Below are positions 26,574-41,596 of a DNA stretch of 64,000 bases, piece by piece. Source of the stretch: an uncultured Alphaproteobacteria bacterium (GTDB lineage: Bacteria > Pseudomonadota > Alphaproteobacteria > Acetobacterales > Acetobacteraceae); assembly GCA_963735225.1 (NCBI GenBank), contig CAVTKE010000012.1:516820-580819 (forward strand), given 5' to 3'. Position 1 is the stretch's first letter, and each line of letters opens with the position of its first letter. A program made the translations under genes and the position numbers. The notes beneath the pieces were generated by a model. It worked only from the letters and a program-made list of their open reading frames with translations, did not search any database and was not told where the DNA came from.

Positions 26574-27542
26574 TTGAAAGTGGATGCTCTGTCGCATGAG
26601 CCTCACCGACCGAGCCAGCTCGCCGAGATCGCCGCCTCCGCGCGCGCAGTCCGCGCCCACCGCGGCGCGCCGACCGTGCCGGCGCTGGAGGCGTTGCTCT
26701 ACACGCCGATCGCCGGTCCTGGACCACGGCTTCGTCCGGGTCATCGACTACATGGGCGACGACGCGGCGATCGTGCAGGCCGCCCGCGTCTCCTACGGCC
26801 GCGGCACCAGGCGGGTGTCCGAGGATGCCGGCCTGATCCGCTATCTGATGCGCCACCGCCACTCCACCCCGTTCGAGATGTGCGAGATCAAGTACCACGT
26901 GAAACTGCCGATTTTCGTGGCGCGGCAGTGGATCCGCCACCGCACCGCCAACGTGAACGAATATTCCGCCCGCTATTCGATCCTGGACCGGGAGTTCTAC
27001 ATCCCCGCGCCCGAGCATCTGGCCGCCCAGTCCGCCGCCAACCGCCAGGGCCGCGGCGACGTGCTGGCCGGCGACGAGGCGGCGGAGGTGCTGCGCCTGC
27101 TGCGCGACGACGCCACGCGGACCTACGACCATTACGCGCGCGATGCTGAACGAGGACGCGGACGGCAAGCCGGTCGATCCCACCCGCCAGGGCCTGGCGC
27201 GCGAACTGGCGCGGATGAACCTGACGCTGAACACCTACACGCAGTGGTACTGGAAGACCGACCTGCACAACCTGTTCCACTTCCTGTCGCTGCGCGCCGA
27301 CGCCCATGCGCAGTACGAAATCCGCGTCTATGCCGAGGCGATGCTGCGAGACCGTCGATGCCTGGGTCCCGCGACGTCCGCCAGGCATTCCGCGACTACC
27401 GCCTGGGTGCGGTGACGCTGTCGGCCGGCATGCTGGCGGTGGTGCAGCGGATGCTGGCCGGCGAGACGGTCGGACAGACGGACAGCGGCTGTCGAAACGC
27501 GAATGGACGGAGTTCATGGCCTCGCTCGGCCGTGCCGCGTGA
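26574..27542 (+). CDS. thyX: FAD-dependent thymidylate synthase ThyX (frameshifted)
   Basis: [70 protein letters not shown] (the RHR...S motif) and [28 protein letters not shown]. The C-terminus reads ...[14 protein letters not shown]. Confidence 0.85.
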
Positions 27543-27544
27543 CC

Positions 27545-28428
27545 CGGCCGTGATCGTCTGCTTCGGCTCCATCAACCTCGACCTGATTTTCCCCCTGCCG
27601 CATCTTCCGGCGGCCGGCCAGACGGTGCTTGGGCCGGACATGCGCATCGAGCCGGGCGGCAAGGGCGGCAACCAGGCGGTGGCGGCGGCGCGCGATGGCG
27701 CGCGCGTGGTGTTCGCGGGCGCCGTCGGCCGCGACGCGCTCGCCGAGGACGCATTGGCGCTGCTGCGAGGCTCCGGGGTCGACATCACCCGCATCGCCCG
27801 AGTCGATCGGGCCACCGGCTGCGCCGCGATCTGTGTCGATCCCGCCGGCCGCAACCTCATCAGCGTCGCCAGCGGCGCCAACCTCGCGGCGGTCGAGAGC
27901 CAGGTCGAGGATGCCTTGTTGGGTCCGGACACCATTTTGCTGCTTCAGCGCGAGGTCGATCCCGGCGAAACTGAGCGGCTGATCCGCAGCGGGCGGGCGC
28001 GTGGCGCGCGGATCGTGCTGAATCTGGCGCCGGCTGGGAAGCTCGCGGTGGATTGCCTGCGGGCGCTGGACGTGCTGGTGGTGAACGAGCACGAGGCCGA
28101 ATGGCTCGCCGCCGATCTCGGCTGCGGCGCCGACGCCGTGGCGCTGCACCGCTTTCTCGGCGTGTCAGTGGTGGTGACGCTGGGTGAGCGCGGGCTGGAG
28201 GCGGCGACCGCTTCGGGCGATTTCCGGCTCCCGGCGCACCGCGTCGCCGCCATCGACACGACCGGCGCCGGCGATTGCTTCACCGGCGTGCTGGCCGCCG
28301 GCCTTGATCACGGGCGCGGGTTCGAGCCCGCGTTGCGGCGCGCCGTCGTCGCCGCGGCGATCTGCTGCACCCGCCACGGCACCCAGGGGAGCCTGCCTTT
28401 GGCCGCCGAGATCGATGTGATCGCCTAG
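27545..28428 (+). CDS. ribokinase / PfkB-family carbohydrate kinase
   Basis: [28 protein letters not shown] ... [17 protein letters not shown] ... [20 protein letters not shown]. The start codon is uncertain. Confidence 0.75.
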
Positions 28429-28485
28429 AGCAATATGGCTTTGGGTGGAATCACCGTGCCAAAAATTTGCCCGCCTAAACAAAAG

Positions 28486-28531
28486 GCTAGATCGTGATGG
28501 CCGCCGATACCAGCGGCCATCACGATCTAGC
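28486..28531. terminator. perfect 19-bp-stem hairpin between convergent genes; likely intrinsic terminator for apbC (minus strand), and it overlaps the apbC stop codon
   Basis: gctagatcgtgatggccgc-cgatacca-gcggccatcacgatctagc. On the minus strand the hairpin is followed by CUUUUGUUUAGG. Confidence 0.55.
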
Positions 28532-29656
28532 TCACCGTGATGCGCGGCGCCGCCGGCTTCACCCGGTTGGCGCCGACCTTTGCCCAGAGCCGTGCGGCGA
28601 TCTGCGAATAGGCCTCGCGCGGCGTCGCTGTCCGGCGCCGCCGCCGCGATCGGCGTGCCCGCATCCGACGCGGTGCGGATATCCAGCAGCAGCGGCACCT
28701 CGCCCAGGAACTCGGTCCCCAGCCGCTGCCGCCTCCGCCGCGCGCCGCCGTGGCCGAAGATCTCGGCGCGATGGCCGCAGTGCGGGGCAGCAGAAGAAGC
28801 TCATGTTCTCGACCAGCCCCAGCACCGGCACGCGCGTCCGCTCGAACATCCGCACCCCGCGGCGCGCGTCGATCAGCGCGATGTCCTGCGGCGTGGAGAC
28901 GATCACCGCGCCGGTCAGCGCCACGCGCTGCGCCATGGTCAGCTGCGCGTCGCCGGTGCCGGGCGGCATGTCGACCACCAGGATGTCGAGCGCGCCCCAC
29001 TCGACCTGGCCCATCATCTGCTCCAGCGCGCCCATCACCATCGGGCCGCGCCAGATCATCGGCGTCTCCTCGTCGACCAGGAAGCCGATCGACATGCAGG
29101 ACAGCCCCCAGGCCTGCAGCGGGATCATCTTGTCGCCGCCGCACCTCCGGCTTGCGCGACAGGCCCAGCATGCGCGGCAGGCTCGGCCCGTAGATGTCGG
29201 CGTCCAGCAGTCCGGTCCGGTGCCCTGCGCGCGCCAGCGACACCGCCAGGTTGACCGCGACGGTCGACTTGCCGACGCCGCCCTTGCCGGACGCCACCGC
29301 GACGATCGCCTTCACGTCCGGCAGCAGCAGCGGCGGCTTCTGCCCGTGGCCGTGCCCGTGCCCATGGCCGGCCCGCCGCGGGCGGCGGCCGGCGCCGGCG
29401 CCTTGTGCGCGGTCAGCACCGCGGTCGCATTGGTGACCCCCGGCTGCCGCGCCAGCAGCGCCTCGACCGCGCGGCGCACCGGCTCCATCGCCGCGGCGTG
29501 CGCCCGGTCGGTCAGCAGCGCCACCTGCACCAGGCCGCCGCGCAGCTCGATCCCCTCGACCAGGCCGGCGGTGACGATGTCCTTGCCGGACGCGGGATCG
29601 GCGATCGCGCGCAGCGCCGCGCGCAGCGCTCGTCGTGGCGTCGGTGTCGTCGCCAT
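28527..29656 (-). CDS. apbC: Fe-S cluster carrier ATPase ApbC/Mrp (frameshifted)
   Basis: N-terminus [47 protein letters not shown] (MIP18-like). Then [48 protein letters not shown] and [36 protein letters not shown]. Confidence 0.85.
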
Positions 29657-29787
29657 TTGCTTGCAAACCTTCTGCCGCCGGTCGATAAGCAGGCCGCCGT
29701 GATGCCGCCCGTCGCGTGGATATGGCGCATGGCGCCCGATCCGCCAACGCCGTCGGTCGCGGCCGAGATCGCACAGGAACGTCACGC

Positions 29788-31080
29788 ATGTCTTGGAACA
29801 ATGGTGGCCCGAGCCCGTGGGGGATCGCCGGGCGGCGGCTCCGGCGGCAATGGCGGCGGCGGTCAGCGGCCGCCGCCGGGCGGCGGCGGCACCATGGGGC
29901 GGCGGCGGCCGGGCGGTCCGCGGCGGCGCCGTGTCGGCGGCCGCCCGGGCGGGCCGCGGCCCGCTGCCCGACCTCGACGCAGCTGATCGCCCGGCTCCAG
30001 GCCTATCATCCGCTCGCTCCTCGGCGGCGGTGCGCGGCCGCGCGGCGCGCTTCACCGGCGGCCGCGGCCTCGCGCTGATCGGCCTCGCCGTCGTGGCGCT
30101 GTGGCTCGCCAGCGGCATCTATCGCGTGCAGCCGGACGAGCAGGGCGTGGTGCTGCGCTTCGGCGCCTTCAACCGCACGACGCTGCCCGGCCTGCAACTA
30201 CCACCTGCCCTGGCCGATCGAGCGCGTGCTGACGCCGGCGGTCACCCGCATCAACCGCATCGAGATCGGCTATCGCTCGCAGCGGCGACGCGCAGATCGA
30301 GACCGGCAGCCGAGCGGCGGGCGCGACGTGCTGGAAGAGAGCCTGATGCTGACCGGCGACGAGAACATCATCGACATCGACTTCGCGGTGTTCTGGCGAT
30401 CAGCGACGCCGGTCGCCTACCTGTTCAACACCCGCAACCCGCCGCTGCATCGTCAAGGCGGTGGCGGAGAGCTCGATGCGCGAGGTGATCGGCCGCACGC
30501 CGATCCAGCCGGCGCTGACCGAGCTGCGCGCGCAGATCGAGACCGACGTGCTGCACCAGACGCAGGCAGATCCTCGACCACTACAACGTCGGGCGTCGAG
30601 ATCACCCAGGTGCAGTTGCAGAAGGTCGATCCGCCGGCCGCGGTGATCGAAAGCTTCCGTCGACGTGCAGCGCGCCAACACCGACGCCGAACGCCTGCGC
30701 AACGAGGCCGAGGCCTATCGCAACGACATCGTGCCGCGCGCCCGCGGCGACGCGGCGCGGCATCGTGGCCGAAGGCACAGGGCGCGCAGGCAGGCCTCGA
30801 TCGCCGAGGCGACCGGGCAGACGCAGCGCTTCCTGTCGGTGCTGACGGCCTACCAGGCGGCGAAGGACGTGACGCTGCGGCGCATGTATCTCGAGACGAT
30901 GCAGGACATCCTGACGCACTCGCCGGTCGCTGGTGGTGGACGACAAGCTGAAGGGCCTGGTGCCGTTCCTGCCGCTCAACGTCTGCCGCGCGCAGGCGGT
31001 GCCGCCGCGGCCCAGGCGACGCCAGGCGGCGCGCCATCGACCGCCGCGCTCGCCCGGACCATCCCAGGCCAGCCGGGGAG
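29788..31080 (+). CDS. hflK: protease modulator HflK (frameshifted; 3' end approximate)
   Basis: N-terminus [12 protein letters not shown]. The TM segment reads [34 protein letters not shown]. The band-7/SPFH body ([13 protein letters not shown]...[30 protein letters not shown]) is in shifted frames. Confidence 0.8.
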
Positions 31081-31087
31081 CCGCCAC

Positions 31088-31990
31088 GATGAGCCGCGTC
31101 CGCGATCGCCGCTGATCGCCGTTCTGGTGGTGCTGTTCGTGCTCGTCGCAGGCGTCGCTGTTCACCGTCGAGCAGACCGAGCAGGTGCTGATCACCCAGT
31201 TCGGCCAGCCGGTGCGGGTGATCACCGCACCCGGGCCTGCACGCCAAGATCCCGTTCGTCCAGACCGTGATCAGCTTCGACAAGCGGCTGCTCAGACTGC
31301 GAACTGCCCGGCGAGGAGGTCATCCTGGGCGACCAGCGCCGGCTGATCGTGGACAGCTTCACCCTGTTCCGCATCACCGACCCGCTGCTGCTACTACCAG
31401 TCGGTCGGCCCGACCGAGGACGGCATCCGCGGCCGGCTGAATTCCGATCGTGTCGGCGTCGCTGCGCCGGGTGCTGGGCAACAACAAGCTGCTCGACGTG
31501 CTGTCGGCCAAGCGCGACCAGATCATGGCGCTCGATCCGCGACCAGGTGAACGACGAGATGAAGGGCTTCGGCGTCTCGATCGAGGACGTGCGCATCCGC
31601 CGCGCCGACCTGCCGGAGGAGAACACCCAGGCGATCCTGTCGCGCATGCAGTCGGAGCGGCAGCGCGTCGCCGCGCAGGCGCGCGCCGAGGGCGCCGAGG
31701 CATCGGCGAGGATCCGTGCCGACGCCGAACGCGAGCGCACCGTGCTGCTGGCCGAGGCGCGCGCCACCGCCGACAAGCTGCGCGGCGAGGGCGAGGCGGA
31801 GGCGATCGCGCATCTACGCCAAGGCGTATTCAGCAGGATGCCGGACTTCTTCGCGATCTGGCGGACCCTGCAGGCCTATCGCGACGCGTTCGAGACCGGC
31901 AACTCTCGCCTGGTTCTGACCCCGGACAACGATTTCCTGCGCTATCTTCAGTCGCCTGCCGGCGCCGGCGGGCCAATAGCCCAGTTGCCA
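31088..31990 (+). CDS. hflC: protease modulator HflC (frameshifted)
   Basis: MSRVRDRRSPLIAVLVVLFVL... ; FTLFRITDPLL; GFGVSIEDVRIRRADLPEENTQAILSRMQSERQRVAAQARAEGAEAS...DNDFLRYL. Confidence 0.8.
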
Positions 31991-32045
31991 GCCGCCGCGC
32001 GCCGGACCATATGCGGCCCGAGTCCTCCCAGGGAAAGCCCAGACC

Positions 32046-33595
32046 ATGCGCCTGATCCGCTCGCCGCATCCGCCCGCGCCGCCACGGCTGGCCTTCGCCG
32101 TGGCGCTCGCCGTGCCGCTGCGCCGTCGGTCGCGCCGATCGTGCCGGCGCTTTGCCACGCGCGGCGCCCGACAGCTTCGCCGACCTGGCGGCGAAGCTGC
32201 TGCCGGCGGTGGTCAACATCTCGTCCACCCAGTCGGCGCAGGCGCGCGCCGGCGGCCCGGCGCCGGCCCGGAAATTCCGATGTTCCCGCCCGGCTCGCCG
32301 TTCGAGCAGTTCTTCAAGGACTTCCTCAACCGCAACCGTCCGGGCGGCAGCGGCGGCGACGGCGACAGCCCAGCCGCCGCCCGAGCGGCGGATGCAGAGC
32401 CTCGGCTCCGGCTTCATCATCGATGCGTCCGGCCTGGTCGTGACCAACAACCACGTGATCGACGGCGCCGACGAGATCACCGTGACCCTGCAGGACAACA
32501 CCTCGCTGAAGGCGAAGGTGCTCGGCCGCGACGAGACCGGCGACATCGCCTTGTTGCAGGTGAAACCGGACAAGCCGCTGCCGGCGGTGCAGTTCGGCGA
32601 TTCCGACACCTCGCGCGTCGGCGACTGGGTGCTGGCGATCGGCAATCCGTTCGGGCTCGGCGGCACGGTCACCGCCGGCATCGTCTCGGCGCGCGGCCGC
32701 GACATCCGCCAGGGCCCGTACGACGACTTCATCCAGACCGACGCCGCGATCAACCGCGGCAATTCCGGCGGGCCGCTGTTCAACATGGACGGCCAGGTGA
32801 TCGGCATGAACACGGCGATCTACTCGCCGTCCGGCGGCTCGATCGGCATCGGCTTCTCGATCCCGTCCAACATGGTCAAGACCGTCGTCGCGCAGTTGAA
32901 GGACTTCGGCCATCCGCGCCGCGGCTGGCTCGGCGTGCGCATCCAGCAGGTGACGCCGGACATCGCCGAAAGCCTCGGCCTGAAGGACGCATCGGGCGCG
33001 ATGGTCGCCGGCGTGAACGACGGCGGGCCGGCCGACAAGGCGAAGATCCACAACGGCGACATCATCCTGAAGTTCAACGGCCAGGACGTGAAGGAGATGC
33101 GCGTCGCTGCCGCGCATCGTCGCCGAGACCGAGGTCGGCAAGTCGGTGCCGGTGCGTGCTGTGGCGCGACGGCAAGGAAGTGACCGTGCAGGCGACGCTG
33201 GCCGAGAAGCCGGACGACGAGAAGGTCGCCGCCGCGACGACCGGCGACAAGCCGGCGCACGAAGCACCGACGGAGATCTCCGGCCTCGGCCTGAAGCTCG
33301 CGCCGATCACGCCAGGAGATGAAGGACAAGTTCTCGCTCGGCGCGGACCAGAAGGGCGTGGTGATCACCGATGTCGCGCCGAACAGCTCGGCGGCCGAGC
33401 GCGGCCTGAAGGCCGGCGACGTGATCGTCGAGGTGCAGCAGGGCGAGGTGACGTCGCCGGCCGACGTGCAGAAGAAGGTCGACACGCGTGCGCAAGGAGA
33501 ACCGCAAGTCGGTGCTGATGCTGATCCAGCGCCAGGACGGCCTGCAGTGGGTGCCGCTGTCGCTTGAAGCCAACCCGGACCGCAAGCCGGGCTAG
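32046..33595 (+). CDS. degP: periplasmic serine endoprotease DegP/HtrA (Do family; two PDZ domains), frameshifted
   Basis: GSGFIIDASGLVVTNNHVIDGADEITVTL, GDIALLQV, AIGNPFGLGGTVTAGIVSARGR and TDAAINRGNSGGPLFNMDGQVIGMNTAIYS. The PDZ regions read GAMVAGVNDGGPADKAKIHNGDIILKFNG and GVVITDVAPNSSAAERGLKAGDVIVEV. Ends at 33595. Confidence 0.85.
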
Positions 33596-34472
33596 TCAGC
33601 CGCGCCGACGATGTCCTGAAGTCGGTAGCCCTGCGCGAACAGCAAGCCGCGCAGGGTGGCGTGGTCGATCTGGGCGCGTGCCTCGGCCGCCACGATCGGC
33701 TTGGCGTGGAAGGCGACGCCGAGCCCCGCGTGGCGCAGCATCTCCAGATCGTTGGCGCCGTCGCCGACCGCGAGCGTTGCCGCCAGGCGGACCTTGCGGT
33801 GCTGGGCGAGTTCCTGCAGCGCGGTCAGCTTGGCGTCGGCGTCGAGGATCGGTTCCTCCACCTTGCCGGTCAGCGCCCTGCCGTCGTCGAGCAGGATGTT
33901 GGAGCGGTGGATGTCGAAGCTCAGCGCCTGGCGACCCGGCCGGTGAAGAAGGTGAAGCCGCCGGATACCAGGGCGGTGTAGGCGTTGTGGGCGCTCATCG
34001 TCGCCACCAGTTCGCGCGCGCCCGGGGTGTATTCGGTGCGCGCCCAGGTTTGCTCCAGTGCGGCCAGCGGCAATCCCTTCAGCAGGCGGACCCGCTGGCG
34101 CAACGCCTTGGCGAAATCCAGTTCGCCGTTCATGCTGGCGCGGGTGATGGCGGCGATCTCGTCCTTCAACCCGGCATAGGCGGCGAGCTCGTCCAGCGTC
34201 TCCGAGGTGACGATGGTGCTGTCCATGTCGGCCAGCAGCAGCCCCTTGCGCCGGCCGCGCGCCTTGGTGGTGATGGCGTCGAACGGCGCGCCGTCCATTG
34301 CCGCGTCGATCTGGGCAGCGAACGGCATGGCGGAGCAGGGGATATCCACCGCCTCGCCGGGCGACAGGATATCGGGGGGTCCACCCTGGATGGCGTCGCG
34401 CACTCGCGCGATGATGGCGTCGGTCAGCGGGAAGGTAACGGGATTGGCGACCAGGGTGACGATATGGCTCAT
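33592..34472 (-). CDS. serB: phosphoserine phosphatase SerB (frameshifted)
   Basis: N-terminus MSHIVTLVANPVTFPLTD (ACT-like). Then LLLADMDSTIVTSETLDELAAYAGL and VSGGFTFFT...LAVGDGANDLEMLRHAGLGVAFHAKP. The stop overlaps the degP stop (ctag). Confidence 0.85.
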
Positions 34473-34474
34473 GC

Positions 34475-35482
34475 GTGCCGTATGGGACGGCGAGCGCCGG
34501 CGGGCAAGTCGTGACTGACCCGCTGCCCGATCTTCCAGCGGCGCTGATCGTTGCTGGCCCGACCGCGAGTGGAAAGTCAGCATTGGCACTGGCCTTGGCG
34601 AAGCGGGTCGGGGGCGTGGTGATCAATGCGGATTCGATGCAGGTCTACCGCGAATTGCGGATCGTCACCGCCCGCCCCACCGTGGCCGAGGAGGCACAAG
34701 TGCCGCATGCGCTTTACGGCGTGCGCGCCGCCGCCGAACCCGGCAGCGCCGCCTGGTGGAGCGAGGCGGCATTGGCCGAGATGGCGGCGGCACGCGCGTT
34801 GGGGCGCCTGCCGATCCTGTGCGGCGGTACCGGCATGTATTTTTCAGCACTCATCCACGGCATCGCCGAAATCCCCGAACCCGGCGAGGCGGCCCGCAGT
34901 GAAGCGCGCTGGATGCTGGCCGAGCTTGGGCCGAACGGGTTGCACGCGGCACTGGCGAAGGTCGACCAGGCGACCGCCGCCCGACTGCGCCCCAGCGACA
35001 GCCAGCGAGTGGCGCGAGCGTGGGAGGTGTGGCGCGGCACCGGGCGCGGCTTGGCGGCATGGCAGTCGCAGCCGGTGACGCGGCCGCCCTGGCGGTTCTC
35101 CGCCATCCTCCTCGATCCGCCGCGCCTCGCATTGCGCGCGGCGATCGCCGGGCGCCTCGAGGCGATGCTGGCGGCCGGCGCGCTGGACGAAGTCAGGGCC
35201 CTGCTGGCACTCGGGCTCGATCCAGCTCTGCCGGCGATGCGGGCGCACGGGGTGCCGGAGCTGTCGGCGCATCTGCGCGGCGAGATCTCGCTGGCGGAGG
35301 CGGCGCAGCGGACAGCGCTCGTCACCGGCCAGTACACCAAGCGGCAGGCGACCTGGTTTCGCCATCGAAGCATGGCTGATCCCACGCGCACGCATACGAT
35401 CCATGCGCGTATCAGCGAAATGGAGCAATTTTCGGAAAGTGAACTGGCCGAAATTTTGTCTTTTGTTGAAAACTCGGGTTGA
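34475..35482 (+). CDS. miaA: tRNA dimethylallyltransferase MiaA
   Basis: PAALIVAGPTASGKSALALALAKRVGGVVINADSMQVYRELRIVTARP ... GGTGMYFSALIHGIAEIP. The start may be an internal GTG. Confidence 0.8.
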   Translation: MPYGTASAGGQVVTDPLPDLPAALIVAGPTASGKSALALALAKRVGGVVINADSMQVYRELRIVTARPTVAEEAQVPHALYGVRAAAEPGSAAWWSEAALAEMAAARALGRLPILCGGTGMYFSALIHGIAEIPEPGEAARSEARWMLAELGPNGLHAALAKVDQATAARLRPSDSQRVARAWEVWRGTGRGLAAWQSQPVTRPPWRFSAILLDPPRLALRAAIAGRLEAMLAAGALDEVRALLALGLDPALPAMRAHGVPELSAHLRGEISLAEAAQRTALVTGQYTKRQATWFRHRSMADPTRTHTIHARISEMEQFSESELAEILSFVENSG

Positions 35483-35514
35483 CGCAGCGCAGCATCGGGG
35501 ACTAGGTGTGCGCC

Positions 35515-37352
35515 ATGAGCCAGACAACCCCTTCCGCCGCCGGCGGCATCACGGCAGAACCCGAAGCCATGCAATCGGGTGCGGAGGTACTGCTCCGCGC
35601 GCTGAAGGACCAGGGTGTCGAGGTGATTTTCGGCTACCCCGGCGGCGCGGTGCTGCCGATCTACGACGCGATCTTCCAGCAGAACGCGATCCGCCACGTC
35701 CTGGTGCGGCACGAGCAGGCGGCGGTGCACGCGGCGGAGGGCTACGCCCGCAGCACCGGCCGCGTCGGCTGCGTGCTGGTCACCAGCGGCCCCGGCGCCA
35801 CCAACGCCGTGACCGGGCTGGTCGACGCGCTGATGGACAGCATTCCCGTGGTCTGCCTGACCGGGCAGGTGCCGACCCACCTGATCGGCAACGACGCGTT
35901 CCAGGAGGCCGACACCACCGGCATCACCCGTCCGGCGACCAAGCACAACTACCTGGTGAAGAAGCAGCGAGGACCTCGCCCGGGTGGTGCATGAGGCGTT
36001 CTATGTCGCGCGCAGCGGCCGTCCCGGCCCGGTGGTGATCGATCTGCCGAAGGACATCCTGATCGGCCGCGCGCCGTATGCCCCGCCGCCGACGGTCCCG
36101 CATCGCAGCTATCGCCCGCAGACCGAGCCCGATGCCGGCCAGATCGCCCGCGCGGTCGGCGCTGCTGAAATCCGCCAAGCGGCCGGTGATCTACACCGGC
36201 GGCGGCGTCATCAACGCCGGCGACGCCGCCTCGGCGGCGCTGATCGCAATTCGTCCGCAAGACCGGATTTCCCTGCACCAGCACGCTGATGGGCCTCGGC
36301 GGCTATCCCGGCGAGCGATCCGCAATTCCTCGGCATGCTGGGGATGCACGGCACCTACGAGGCGAATCTCGCGATGCATGGCTGCGACGTGATGCTGAAT
36401 GTCGGTGCGCGGTTCGACGACCGGGTGACCGGGCGGCTCGAACGCGTTCAGCCCGAACTCGAAGAAGATCCATATCGACATCGATCCGTCCAGCATCAAC
36501 AAGAACGTGTCAGTGGACATGCCGGTCGTCGCCGATGCCGGCCGTGCGCTCGCGGCGCTGTTCGCGGCGTGGGACGCCGATGCCGGCGTGCCGGATCGCG
36601 CCGCCCTGGCCGACATGGTGGAAGCAGATCGAGGCATGGCGCGGCATCGATTGCCTGCGCTTCACCCAGGACATGACCAAGGGTGCGTCATCAAGCCGCA
36701 ATACGCGATCCAGCGGCTGTACGAGATCACCGCGCGGAAGCGGCAAAGCCCGGTGGCCGCGAGACCTTCATCAGCACCGAGGTCGGCCAGCATCAGATGT
36801 GGGCCGCGCAGTATTTCCAGCTTCGACCGGCCGAACCACTGGATGACCTCGGGCGGCCTCGGCACGATGGGCTACGGCCTGCCGGCGGCGATGGGCGTGC
36901 AGATCGCGCATCCGGACGCGCTGGTCATCGACATCGCCGGCGAGGCCAGCATCCTGATGAACATCCAGGAAATGTCGACGGTCGCGCAGTACCGCCTGCC
37001 GGTGAAGGTGTTCATCCTGAACAACCAGTACATGGGCATGGTGCGGCAGTGGCAGGAGCTGCTGCACGGCAGCCGCTACTCGGAAAGCTACACCGAGGCG
37101 CTGCCGGATTTCGTCAAGCTCGCCGACAGCTTCCACGGCGTGGGCTTGCGCGCCACCAGCGTCGACCAGCTCGATGACGTGATCCGCGAAATGATCGCGA
37201 CGCCCAGGGCGGTGATCGCCGACATCGCCGTCGACCAGCAGGAGAACTGCTTCCCGATGATCCCGAGCGGTGCCGCGCACAACGAAATGATCCTGGCCGG
37301 CGGGCAAGGCGGCGGCGCGCGCGTATCGGATGAGGGCCTCGGCCTCGTCTGA
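35515..37352 (+). CDS. ilvB: acetolactate synthase large subunit IlvB/IlvI (frameshifted)
   Basis: [32 protein letters not shown]...[58 protein letters not shown]. The C-terminal TPP domain reads [20 protein letters not shown]...[12 protein letters not shown]. Confidence 0.85.
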
Positions 37353-37391
37353 TCCAGCCGCGTCGTTCGTGCTCCAAAGATTGAAACAAAA

Positions 37392-40218
<2,827 letters not shown>

Positions 40219-40221
40219 CGC

Positions 40222-41586
40222 TCAGAACCGAAAATAGATGAAGGGGTTATATGTGCCGGCGGCGAGGCTGCAGGCCGACAGCACCAGCAGGCCCAGGCAG
40301 GCGGCCTGCCGAAGCGGGGCGAAACGCAGCGTCTCTCGTGGCCAGACCGAGAGCACGGCGCCGGCGAGCAAGGCGCAGGCGGCGCTGGCGGGCAGGGTGC
40401 CCGGCGCGATCGCGGCGTCGCCTCGCAGCATCGCTGCAAGATAGGCGCCGGTTGCCGCCAGCCCGTCGCCGCGGAACGGCACCCAGCCGATCACCACGAC
40501 GAGCAACAGATAAGCGTGGCGCAACAGGGCCGGCAGACGCTGGAGCAAGCGCCGCAACCCGGCGCGCTCGATCGCCAGGAACGCGCCGTGCCAAAGGCCC
40601 CAGATCGCGAAGTTCCAGCTTGCGCCATGCCATAAGCCGCACAGCAAAAACACCAGCGTCAGATTGCAATAGGTCCGAACCGGAGACACGCGGTTGCCGC
40701 CGAGCGGGATGTAGAGGTAGTCGCGAAACCAGGTCGACAACGAGATATGCCAGCGCCGCCAGAAATCGGTGACCGATTGCGCGGCGTAGGGCCGGTTGAA
40801 ATTCGGCGGCAGGGTGAAGCCCATCATCCGGCCCAGCCCGATCGCCATGTTGGTGTAGCCGTTGAAATCGAAATAGATCTGTACACCATAGCCGATGGCG
40901 CCGAGCCACGCTGTCGCCGCATCGAGCGACGCGCCCGGACGCGCGAAGATCGCGTCCACCGGCCCGGCCAGGGTGTTGGCGATCAACACTTTTTGCCCGA
41001 GCCCGATCGCGAACGTCTCGATGCCCTGGGTGAAGTCCGCTGCCGTGGTGCTCCGCCGGGCGACCTGGTCCGCCACCTGGGCGTAGCGCACGATCGGGCC
41101 GGCGATCAGCGGCGGGAACATCGCTTTGTAGGTGGCGTAGTTCGACAGGCTCCGCTGCGGGCTGATGTCGCCGCGATGGATGTCGACCAGATAGGAAATG
41201 CCCTGGAAGGTGAAGAAGGAAATGCCGAGCGGCAATGCGATGTTCGGCACCGTCAGCACCTCCGACCCGAGCAGCGCGTCGATTTGGCTGGCGGCGAAGG
41301 CGGCATATTTGAACACCAGCAGCAAAGCGAGGTTGGCGGCGACGCCCAGTGCCAGCAACCAGCGATGCGCGCGGTCACTTGGGTTCGGCCGGCGGCCGAT
41401 CCACAGGCCGAAGCCGTAGTTGAGGAGGATGCAGAACAGCAGCAGCGGCAACCGCGTGGGGTCGCCCCAGGCGTAGAAGATCAGGCTGGCGACCAGCAGC
41501 ACCGCATTGGGCCAGGGCAGTGTGTGGTAGGCGAGCAGGAACAGCGGCAGGAAATAGAACAGGAAGGTGACGGAGCTGAAGACCAC
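40222..41586 (-). CDS. MBOAT-family membrane O-acyltransferase (AlgI/DltB/PatA-like)
   Basis: Intact 454-aa polytopic ORF: MVFSSVTFLFYFLPLFLLAYHTL...FWRRWHISLSTWFRDYLYIPLGGNR...GLWHGASWNFAIWGLWHG. The conserved His-containing MBOAT core is present. Confidence 0.8.
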   Translation of the reverse strand: MVFSSVTFLFYFLPLFLLAYHTLPWPNAVLLVASLIFYAWGDPTRLPLLLFCILLNYGFGLWIGRRPNPSDRAHRWLLALGVAANLALLLVFKYAAFAASQIDALLGSEVLTVPNIALPLGISFFTFQGISYLVDIHRGDISPQRSLSNYATYKAMFPPLIAGPIVRYAQVADQVARRSTTAADFTQGIETFAIGLGQKVLIANTLAGPVDAIFARPGASLDAATAWLGAIGYGVQIYFDFNGYTNMAIGLGRMMGFTLPPNFNRPYAAQSVTDFWRRWHISLSTWFRDYLYIPLGGNRVSPVRTYCNLTLVFLLCGLWHGASWNFAIWGLWHGAFLAIERAGLRRLLQRLPALLRHAYLLLVVVIGWVPFRGDGLAATGAYLAAMLRGDAAIAPGTLPASAACALLAGAVLSVWPRETLRFAPLRQAACLGLLVLSACSLAAGTYNPFIYFRF

Positions 41587-41596
41587 GCGGCCGGGA

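Noticed and set aside
31349-32443. 364-aa continuous ORF spanning the hflC 3' end into degP
   Set aside because: It is a read-through frame. hflC and degP are individually recognisable in other frames. The continuity reflects a lost stop from a frameshift and the lack of stops in this GC-rich frame.
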